The position numbers and the translations under genes were made by a program. Shown piece by piece: positions 27,966 to 37,180 of a DNA stretch of 64,000 nucleotides. The stretch is from Blasia pusilla (Eukaryota), in assembly GCA_050084515.1 (NCBI GenBank), contig CM114271.1, positions 4,154,001 to 4,218,000 of the forward strand, read 5' to 3'. The notes beneath the pieces were generated by a model. The model was not told the DNA's origin, ran no database searches, and saw only the letters and a list, made by a program, of their open reading frames with translations. Position 1 is the stretch's first letter. Each line of letters opens with the position of its first letter.

Positions 27966-30082
27966 TAGGATTCCTATCAAGTTTTAGCTCAGCCATTTCT
28001 ACTCTCAACTCTCTCAAACCTTTCGCCAATTCATCAATAGAATCTTCAAGCTTTGCTGACATGGGCTTAGGCAATAGATTTGAAATTGATACCTCCGACT
28101 TGAATAGTGCGATTCTACCTCTACTTCAACTTTGCTCTGTGAGAATAGCAACAACTTCTTCCACTTTCTTCCAATTAGTCTTGACACCTCCTTTTTCGGT
28201 TATGAAAAGCTTGTCCTCCAAATTCTCATCATGCCGCCTCAAGGAATAACTCGGTTTTTCTCAAGTCTAGAGTTGCTCTTTCGGAAGAAGAAAGCTGAAA
28301 AAACCGCTTATCAAACTCACGCAACAATTCATTTGGAGTCATTCCCTTCCCTAGACGTTGCTCTATCCATTCTAGAAAACTCCTCTTAATCACCCGATCC
28401 ACATCATCATCAAGAATTCTCCTTTCAGCAATTGCTCATACTCCTCCCACGAGGTTGGATTTTCTACTCTCAACTTCTTTACTTGACTACGGATCTCTAG
28501 TATTATAGCTAACTCAAAACTTGACACCATATAACCTTCGGGTACACGGTTTACCTCAATCTCACAGACGTATTCTCGAACATGGTTATGTCCCTCCCCT
28601 CAAATCTCCCCAACTTCTTTACAATCGCTTGGAGAGCCCTTGTTGATCTTTGCTCTCCTATGTGAACTCTTCCTTGTTGGCTCAATAATGTTGGCAAAGT
28701 TCAGAAAAGATCCTCAGCTCTCTCAATTCCCATTGATGAAATACTCCCAAAAGTAGTCATCTTGATAAGACTCCAACTTGCAAATACAATCTATCGCCTC
28801 AAAGATCTCTCAATGGAAGCATCATTTGTCATATCGAGAGCCTTTCTTCGTCTCGCGCAGGCCTTCTAGCTGCGGCACACGTGGTCGATGCAAGGTAAAC
28901 TCTTTGAGAAGTTCTCCTTTTTCAATGCAAAACTAATATGAATACTCTCTATTCTCTCACGACAAGTATCACAAATGGAAGTGCCGAGGTGATCACTTCT
29001 TCGTAACATCAGACCCCAAAATTCCTAACTATAAAATCCCTATAAACTATTTTACGTTTGTACACGAAGAAGATAGCACAACTAGTGTTAAAACCTACTT
29101 CACCAGGCCTATTGATATCCATGGATTGCTATATAAGGACATACAAAGTACAATCCCATATCCTTCCATATGTGACGATAGGAAGAATCACCGGAGTTGG
29201 AGATTGAATGACCTGGTTCATGAACGCTTCCCCAAAATGATAAACTAAATAGCGAGTGAACCAATGTCTATCTACAAAGAGTACCTTGACATGGTATGGA
29301 TTGAGGAAAGGAAATTCGGGCACAACTCGTGCTCCACCCCTATCCATGCTTGACACACATTCTCTACTCCTCAAGAATGGATTTTGGCGGAATTATTCTC
29401 CCAAGAGGGGTAATCCACTCTCATTGGGAAAGAAACAAGCCAAAACATTCACTATTTTAGTATGACAAGCCTCTCATCTCCACACACACACCACACTCTA
29501 GAAACTTCTCGAAGGATAGACCATGGTCAAGTTACTCTCCCAAGAGGGATGATCCACTCTCATTGGAAGAGCAAACAATCCCAAAGCCATACACTCAAGA
29601 GTGACACGAAAGACTCAAGATGTGGAATAGAAGGTGATGAACCCTTGAAGGTCTCTCTTCTTTATATACTCACAAGAGATCCACAAGAGTACGAAATAGA
29701 GCTAATCTTATCTCGTGCCATATGGCTTCCTCTCAAGGCTTAACCAATCACATTTTGACACAAGTAGATTTCCTCTTATCTCTTCCAAAATATCATTTTT
29801 TATTCACTTGATATTTTCCAAATTATCCCAACTAACCTAGCCACCAACCAAGCCTACTTTTGCTTTTCATTAAAGCACGAACTTGAGTACTTTACTTTTA
29901 TAAAGTCATCTTTTATTTATTATCTCTTTTCCTAAAGTTGGGCCCGCATAAAAGAGGCACCATAAAGAGGTTTAAACATGAGAATTTCCTTTTCCTAAGC
30001 TAATTTACTTAATACTAATAAAACTCTATCTAACATTTAACGAGGAAATAATTTACACACTGACTGATTTTACTATACGACA
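27966..30082 (-). mobile_element. Truncated family-A LTR retrotransposon: 5' LTR (30082..28827), PBS-like site and decayed gag-like coiled-coil region
   Basis: LTR collinear with 12733-13986. It is followed by AA-TGATGCTTCCATTGAGAG (TGGTGCTTCC in the 34685 copy). Downstream frame reads ...KLEDSIDELAKGLRELRVEMAELK. Confidence 0.85.
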
Positions 30083-30863
30083 ACGGTTGTAGATTGGAAT
30101 CGATAAGGAGGAAGGATCCGAGAGCCTTGTCCCCTTAGGAACCCCGTATATGTCCCATGTGATCCATGATGAGTCCCAACGCCTCCCCCGATTTTGAAGC
30201 TTTTGGAAACGAAAATCCATCGAAATCAATATTTGGTCCTTCCCCGAGAACAACCACATCGCAACTCCAAACGCTTCAAATCCAAGGCACCAACACTCAC
30301 TCGTCATCATCCGACAGCTCCTCCAGAATCACCGTTGGCCTCGTCCTTCCAAATTTTGGGATAACTGGTAGTGAGGATGGCGTCACAACCAGTGGCTCCA
30401 ATGGAGGTTCCTCTACTCGTCCAGGCAACTTGTAAATGCCAATCATCCTCTCATAATCTAACTTTTCCTCTCGGCAAAGTGCAAACAAGGCGTTCCTCAC
30501 CTCAAGGTAGAGAATGTTTTGCCCACTCTGCCAAGCAGCTCTAACACTTGCCCTAGAAAGACCGACCAAATCTAGAACCAAATCACATGGCCTCAAACAT
30601 AGCTCCATCAGGGTTTGCAGGAGTGAGGGGGATTTTTCCCTTCCTCCAAGCATAGGCACCCCTTCCTCGATCACGATTCGAGGGGGTGAATTTGACAGGT
30701 TGTTCAGAGTGTATCCACGTAAACCTAGATCAACATGATCCTTTACCTCAAAAACCTCAAACCTGTGCTCCGGTCTGACAAAACAATATACGTACGAATA
30801 TTCAATCTGCAAAAAACACTCGTTAAAATAAGCTTAGAATCGATGGGGGGAAGAGTTCCAAGA

Positions 30864-31178
30864 GAAACCCGACGGAATTTGACGGGTTGCAAATGAAATA
30901 TATCACCGAGGCAATTTTCTTTCAAGGGTCTCTCAGCATTCAGACGCTTTGCCCAGCAACCGTGGATGCCCAAAGTGCAACCCGTCAGAATCCGACAGGT
31001 TGCAAGGGTTGCGGCAAGGCCTATTAGGGTGGGTGCTGCGACCCGTCGGAGTCCGACGGATAGCAGGACCCACTCACTCTCTGGCATGTGTTTCGCAAAC
31101 CGTTGGAGTCCGACGCGTTGCAGGAAACACTCCCTTTCTGGGTTGGATTTTGCATCCTGTTGGAGTCCGACGGTTTGC
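30864..31178. repeat. Array 1 of 27-bp palindrome GCAACCCGTCGGAnTCCGACGGGTTGC (5 copies, intronic)
   Basis: Copies start at 30864, 30977, 31038, 31095 and 31152. Confidence 0.9.
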
Positions 31179-32913
31179 AAGAAAGAACAAAAAAATTTGC
31201 GGGTTTAAGTTATCGAACTTGCCAAAATTTGGTTTCAAACCGACCTTAGTGGGTAGTCATAGTTCACTACCCAAGATTGCACGGTTTGCCACTTCAATGA
31301 TCGCTTCACGCAGTGCAAGTTGAAGAGCTCATCCTTGCTTCCTCCGATGAGAACCAAGAAACACCTGGTGTCACTACGATACGCGTTGGTAAAGGAAAAC
31401 ATCATCGCTATCTGGTCATATGTGAATGGAGTGTTCCATTCCAAGACTATGTCGCGTGGATTTTCTGCCCACACTTTGAGCCCCGACGGTAGATCAGCGA
31501 TGAGGAGGTCAACTACAACCTCCTCACGAACCCCATTGACGGTCCATGGGGCATGGCCACTTTTCAGAAGCTTACGTCCCAACAGTGTCAGCTTCTCCAA
31601 GGCAGGTGTAGACTTGTGCTGAGAACTTATCCAATTCTTCCAGCAACGATGTCTGATGTAGCAGAATGGTGAGTTTTGCTGCTAAATCCCTGTGCTTCCC
31701 CAATGATGAAAGAGTCTAGACAAAATTCTTGTCCCCCCCCCCCCTCCCCCTTGAAGGAATTGGGTGTCTCCCTCTTTTGCTTTTCGTGTGTGGGGTGCCT
31801 GCTTGTTGGGGTCTCCGTGACATCGGAATCCACTGGATTTGATTTTGGGGCCTCCCGTATCCATCCTTCTCGTCTTGATGATCTTGCTTCGGATGGTTTG
31901 GGGGCCTTTACCTTGGCTCTCAACCCCGCAGTCGACTTGTCTTTTGCCGTGATTGTCTTTGACAAAATCTCCGCCGCCTCAATCGCTTGTGCCTTGCCAT
32001 CTCCTTCGAAGTACTCCTCGGTCTTGAAGATATTTGGGATGTTCTCCTCGCCAGCAGCTAGCACATGATACAAGTCTTGCATTTTGGGTCAATGAGCTCA
32101 TCAGGGTCATTGAAGTCCAACCAGATTGGACAGTTGAGCAATTCCCAAGGGCTCATCTCGAGGGCCATGTGCATGTCATACATGGAGAATCCTTCGCCAT
32201 TCGGAGTATCTGCCCATAGCTTGAGCGCAGCCGGAAACTTCCTCCATATTCTTGCATTCACACAAGAGTTCAAGAACTTGAACACCATCCTCTACGCAAC
32301 TCAATGGCGGGATGAATCGGCAGCTTGATCTTGAAGCTCCTTCTTCTTTTTGGTGAAGTCTCGTGTCTTCGGGTCGCCAATCTCCTCGTCGACATCCCCC
32401 TGTGGAAAAATCTGGTTCTTGAATATCATCTTGAACCCAGGGTTCTTTACCCGCTTATCCCGGATGTCATTTAACCACAACTCGAACTCCTCCGCTGATT
32501 CGAGGCTAGCCTCCTCGGGAATGAGCAGAATTCTCTGCATGTCATCTTGAAGGCATTCAATTATGGACTTTCCCAGCAAGCGCAAGGCATCCTAGAAGGA
32601 TGACTCTCGCAGCCACTGGGAGATGATTGGGTCCAAGGCCCTCAAGGGATGGTGTGCCAATTTTTTCTTTTCCTCTATTCCTTCTAGACTGATCTTCATC
32701 AATCTCATCCGCCTAAATTCGGAAATCCCTGAAAGGGCCAACCGGTGAACTCGATCCAATAACACCTTCTCTACATTGCATGCTTGGGGATCCTCATCCC
32801 TCTTTCGCTGCCTCTTGATTATGGCCTTCAACTCTTTGTAGAAGTCTGGCCCGAGCTCGGGGTTTAGGACGGCGATGTACCGCTGCATCTTGCTCGCAAG
32901 GTAATGGGTGGAC

Positions 32914-33356
32914 TGTTGGATTCTCAACATCCACTTCTCTAAGCACCATTAATCTGATCGGCTCCCTTGTATGAAAAGAAGCCTAGATTGATGGTTCCGA
33001 CTTAGACGTCGAAGGAGTCATAGTAATATGACGTAGGTGGTTTGAGGAGTAGCGTTACTAGGTTTATCTTACCCTATATTGCATCAGGGTGCCCCGCACC
33101 CTGATGCAATATAGGGTTAGATAAACGTTTCTTTGTTTCTATGAATAGAAACAAAGAAAAATAGGTAAAAACCCTAGTTTTCCCAAGTAGTCAAATAGTC
33201 GGGAGCCGCAACGGTAGCGCATTCTCGTATGTCGAGTTATCTCCCAGTTCAGGTTCCATCGAAGCTCTTCTGTGAGCGCACGGACGGACTAGGCCACTTT
33301 GTATCTCTAAGTTTTGTAAAGATTTCAGTGACTTCGTCACTTTCCGTTTTCTCACA
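32914..33356 (+). mobile_element. Solo LTR (family B, 443 bp) with 5-bp TSD TGGAC, inserted in the MTase-like gene
   Basis: TGTTG...CACA termini. TGGAC at 32909-32913 and 33357-33361. Homologous (inverted) to 47275-47700. Confidence 0.93.
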
Positions 33357-33709
33357 TGGACGCCGACACCTCAACTTAAATGAACTTGGCTCTCTCAGAA
33401 GCCGAAACATTCTCTCTCCACTCGAGCTCAAGTGTCGCGCTTCTTTTCGCCACCTGGATGTTTTACCAGCATAGTATTGTAACAACTACATCTTGGGAAA
33501 TGAATGTGTTGGCCCATGTCTTCTTTTTTATTTGGGCTCCTTTTGCGAGCATCTCATCCACCAATTCCTCTCCTAGGAATCCCTTGTATTACGATGGGTG
33601 AGTTCTAAGCACCTTCCTCACTAGGTCGTATTTTTGGATCCAGTGATGGGTAACATTCCTTCGGACACAATATTGCAAACATCAACAAAGAGTAAGAAAA
33701 TTTACAACT

Positions 33710-34071
33710 ACAACCCGTCGTTTTTCGACGGGTTGGAAGCAGACAAACAAAACAAAAGCTATTTGCAACCCGTCAAAGTCTGACGGGTTTTTCCAAAAGT
33801 TTTGAACAATCCGACGGAAATCCACGGTTTGTATTCGGGTCCATCACGGCTGGGTTGCAACCCGTCGGACTCCGTCGGGTTGCACCTCGACTCCGATAAA
33901 TTCAAAAATTTAACCCGTCAGAAACCGACGGATTGCAAAGCCATCCAAATTGAGTTGAGGATTCAGACGCTAGTTCTTGCACTCGCAACCCGTCGAGGTC
34001 CGACGGGTTGGAAATTATAGAGTGCCAACATGCGAGTTTGATTGGCTCTGCAACCCGTCGGTCTTCAACGA
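33710..34071. repeat. Array 2 of the 27-bp palindrome (7 copies; last one cut by an LTR)
   Basis: Copies start at 33710, 33765, 33806, 33857, 33910, 33985 and 34050. Confidence 0.9.
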
Positions 34072-34840
34072 TGTCGTATAGTAAAATCAACCTGTGTGTA
34101 AACTCCTTCCTCGTTAAGTGTTAGATAGAGTTTTATTAGTATTAAGTAAATTAGCTAAGGAAAAGGAAATTCCCATGTTTAAACCTCTTTATGGTGCCTT
34201 TCCTCAATCCATACCATGTCAAGGTACTCTTTGTAGATAGGCACTGGTTCACTCGCTATTTAGTTTATCACTTTGGGGAAGCGTCCATGAACCAGGTCAT
34301 TCAATCTCCAACTCCGGTGATTCTTCCTATCGTCACATATGGAAGGACATGGGATTGTACTTTGTATGTTTGTATATAGGGATCCATGGACGTCAATAGG
34401 CCTGCTCAAGTAGGGTTTAACACTAGTTGTGTTATCTTCCTCGTGTACAAGCATAAAGTAGTTTATAGGGATTTTATAGTTACTAATTTTGGGGTCCGAT
34501 GTTATGAAGAAGTGATCGCCTCGGCACTTCCATTTGTGATACTTGTCGTGAGAGAATGGAGAGTATACATGATAATTTTGTATTGAAAAAGGAGAACTTC
34601 TTAGAGAGTTCACCTTGCATCGACCACGTCTTCCGCGGTTAGAAGGCTTGCCCTTACTCGACGAAAGGCTCTTGATACGACAAATGGTGCTTCCACTGAG
34701 AGATCTTTGAGGCGGTAGATTGTGTTTGCAAGTTAGAGTCTTATCAAGATGACTACTTTTGGGAGTACTCCATCAATGGTAACTGAGGGAGTTGAGGATC
34801 TTCTCTGAACTTTGACAACATTGTTGAGCCAACAAGGAGG
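34072..34840 (+). mobile_element. Family-A LTR (34072..34682, with ~640-bp internal deletion near 34199) plus PBS-like site and short internal sequence
   Basis: Reverse complement of the 28827-30082 LTR ends (TGTCGTATAGTAAAATC...GATACGACA). TGGTGCTTCCACTGAGAG at 34685. Confidence 0.9.
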
Positions 34841-34852
34841 AGTGAGAAGGCA

Positions 34853-35100
34853 GTGTCCTGCCTCTTCTTCAGCTTTATCTCCGCATCCATGCGTTTCTTC
34901 TCGGCCTTCTCCGTATCTACGAGCAATTTTGCTTCTCGCTTCTCCTCTTGCTTCGCGAGCTTCTCCAATGCAAGTTTCGCCAACATTTCCTGCTTCCTCA
35001 TTTCGGCTTCACGCTCGCGTTGCTCGATTTCTCTCGCCGTACATTTGCAGGCGTCCGTCGCGTAACAGAAGGTGGAGTTCAGCTGGATTTAGGCGAGAAG
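34853..35100 (-). pseudogene. Coiled-coil coding fragment, probably an upstream exon of the MTase-like gene; second copy at ~27703-27965
   Basis: MRKQEMLAKLALEKLAKQEEKREAKLL..EKAEKK.M.AE.K.KKRQD occurs at both loci on the minus strand. Confidence 0.55.
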
Positions 35101-35506
35101 CTCTCGACCGTGCTGGCTTAGCTTTTTTTTCGAGTCATCTTGAAAAAAGCGTAGAATCAAACATTGCGCGAGGGGTTTTCTCCTGAATCTTTGTTTCCTC
35201 TTAAAAGAATTGATTCAACTCGAACCGTCGTCACTAATTGTCGTAACCCCCAAATGAAGAGACAACAACCAACCGTCGAAATGTCCGAGTAATTGGAAAG
35301 TCAATTTTCGTAGTCGTGTGAACGGGGGAGCTGAAATCAACGCTGAAAAGTATAGAATGGAAAAGTGAAAGCGTCGAAACTGGTCCTCATATACTTTCGG
35401 AGCAATTGCACTCAACCGTTGGTACGACGGTCGACCGTTGGCGTCCGATGGATAACCGGTTGTACGATGGTCGACCGTTACGGTGCAAGTTCCGCGTGGT
35501 CTGCCT

Positions 35507-35775
35507 GCAACTTGTCAGAGTTTGATAGGTTTCTGGGAGAGATCCCGCTCAGTTCCTCCAACACGTCAGACCCCAACGGGTTGCAAGGTACCCATCCAGC
35601 TTGGGTCCCGTGCAACCCGTCTGACTCCGATGGCTTGCACAAGGACCATTCATCCTGATTCATGCAACCCGTCGGACTCCGACGAGTTGCAAGAAGATCA
35701 CGTGAAACATGCACGATAACCCACGCACTGAACCTGTGCGAGAATTTTGCAATCCGTCGGACTTTGACGGGTTAT
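35507..35775. repeat. Array 3 of the 27-bp palindrome (5 copies; a further degenerate copy near 35849)
   Basis: Copies start at 35507, 35558, 35612, 35664 and 35749. Confidence 0.9.
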
Positions 35776-36599
35776 GTTGTCCCATCCAAACTCGATTCAA
35801 CTCGACAAAATGCTTAGGGCTCGTTCCTTGATCTTTCCCTTCGATATTCCAACCCGTCCGGCTCCCAGGGATTCAAGGAAGCCTGGAAAATCCTTGCCCA
35901 CTACTGAGTAAAAAGCATGGCCAAATATTCCTCTGGCTGGTCCAGTCAACTAACTACCAACTGCATGTCAGACATATTCTGTCTGAATTTAAATGGACAC
36001 TGTTCACTATAAATTCAACATTTTCATTCTTATTCTCATTCTCATTCTTATTCTTATTCTATCTTGGAAATCATTCATGGTCTGACCAAAATGGAGAATT
36101 ATGTGAAACTCACATGTGGCAGCCATTAGCGGGCCTTCCTCAATCAGAGATAATTCGAGCCCAACCTGGTGACATTCATGTAATTGTCGAAGAACATTTC
36201 CTCTCACTCCAATTTCTACTCCATATTGGAACCATTTTTGTATCCATGGATGTCAAGGTTGATGGGCAAGATGATGTTATTGGTGAAACAGTCCAACCGG
36301 AGATTGGAGGCTCCAAAGTTTGGAACCTCTTTCCCTACTCCAATGACAATTCAGAGTTTATGGCTTACCTCTGATCACCACTTCCACTCATGAAGACGGT
36401 CCGAGACCTTCCACTGTTCCATGCTCCACGTTTGGCACGGCTGCTTCGGCCGATCCAACGTCAACTCCAATTTCACAAGCACGGAATGTCGCGGTCGATC
36501 TCACCGGATCTGTTGGAAACATGTCTGACCCAACATCTGCTTACTCTTTCCTGCTTTGAGTTTCAGGGAATTATTTGCTTTCTTCTCTTCCCTTGAAAC

Positions 36600-37180
36600 T
36601 GTTCAAGCACGTTATCGTGGATAAGCTGCCCACAACGTATGATGAAGACTGCATTTTTGAGCTGCCTCCACTTGTCAGTCTGGCTTAGAAAAAAGATGGA
36701 GGCCGCCTGAAGGGTATGGACCGAAAATTGGACCATAATCGATGGTGCAGATTACAGCGGACGAGCGCTTCAATCCCATGTGATCCTTGGATTGTGTCTC
36801 ATCGCCAATGCGTTGGCGCATTGGAGTGCAGAAGTTCAGGATGCCCCTTCCTCGAGAGGAACGCAGTTGTTAATACTTCCCTATTCCCTCCCAAAAATGC
36901 AGAAACTCCTTACGCTGTGGTTACCACCATACTACTGGGTGGCCATCGATGTTCGCACTGTCAAGCTTGTGCTTCCTATGTTAGAGCTTGTCCAACTTAT
37001 ATTTTTTTCATAGTGCGCGACTACACTTCTATGTCCGAGTATACAAGGTTGGAAATTCATGTTGGGTCTCACACTCATCCTGTCACGGGTGCAATTGAGA
37101 GACACATCAAGGAGGATGTGGCAAAGAAAGTGGCCGGAATGTACAAAAATTCTCTAGGATCAAATCCAGGAGTGATCTAG
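36600..37180 (+). pseudogene. Transposon-type protein fragment with WRKY/GCM-like zinc-binding domain
   Basis: Frame reads VDKLPTTYDEDCIFELPP..*..LKGMDRKLDHNRW...HRQCVGALEC....CPFL....RCSHC.....CPTYIFF....RLEIHVGSHTHPV. The Cys pattern with terminal G.H.HP resembles the GCM/WRKY-like DNA-binding domains of Mutator-like transposases. No DDE core is visible downstream. Confidence 0.6.

Larger units (their letters stand above)
30297..33670 (-). pseudogene. Large multi-exon pseudogene with C-terminal beta-class amino (N4-C/N6-A) DNA methyltransferase-like domain
   Basis: After removing the solo LTR at 32914-33356, one reading frame runs from ~33670 to ~32080 with only point stops, then two frameshifts. 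The C-terminal exons are joined by a phase-0 GT..AG intron (31240..30807). They contain VVVDLLIADLPSG (motif IV, DPPY-like) followed by REKSPSLLQTLMELCLRPCDLVLDLVGLSRASVRAAWQSGQNILYLE (cf. QKP..LL..LI...S..GD.VLDPF.GSGTT..AA...GR..IG.E, motifs X-I-II). Confidence 0.75.

Noticed and set aside
28827-34682. DIRS-type element (inverted terminal repeats plus methyltransferase)
   Set aside because: The repeats are TG..CA LTRs with a PBS-like site and a solo copy with TSD. No tyrosine recombinase or RT is visible between them.
30864-35775. True CRISPR array
   Set aside because: Eukaryotic context, no cas genes, degenerate repeats and variable spacer lengths. Reported as palindrome arrays instead.
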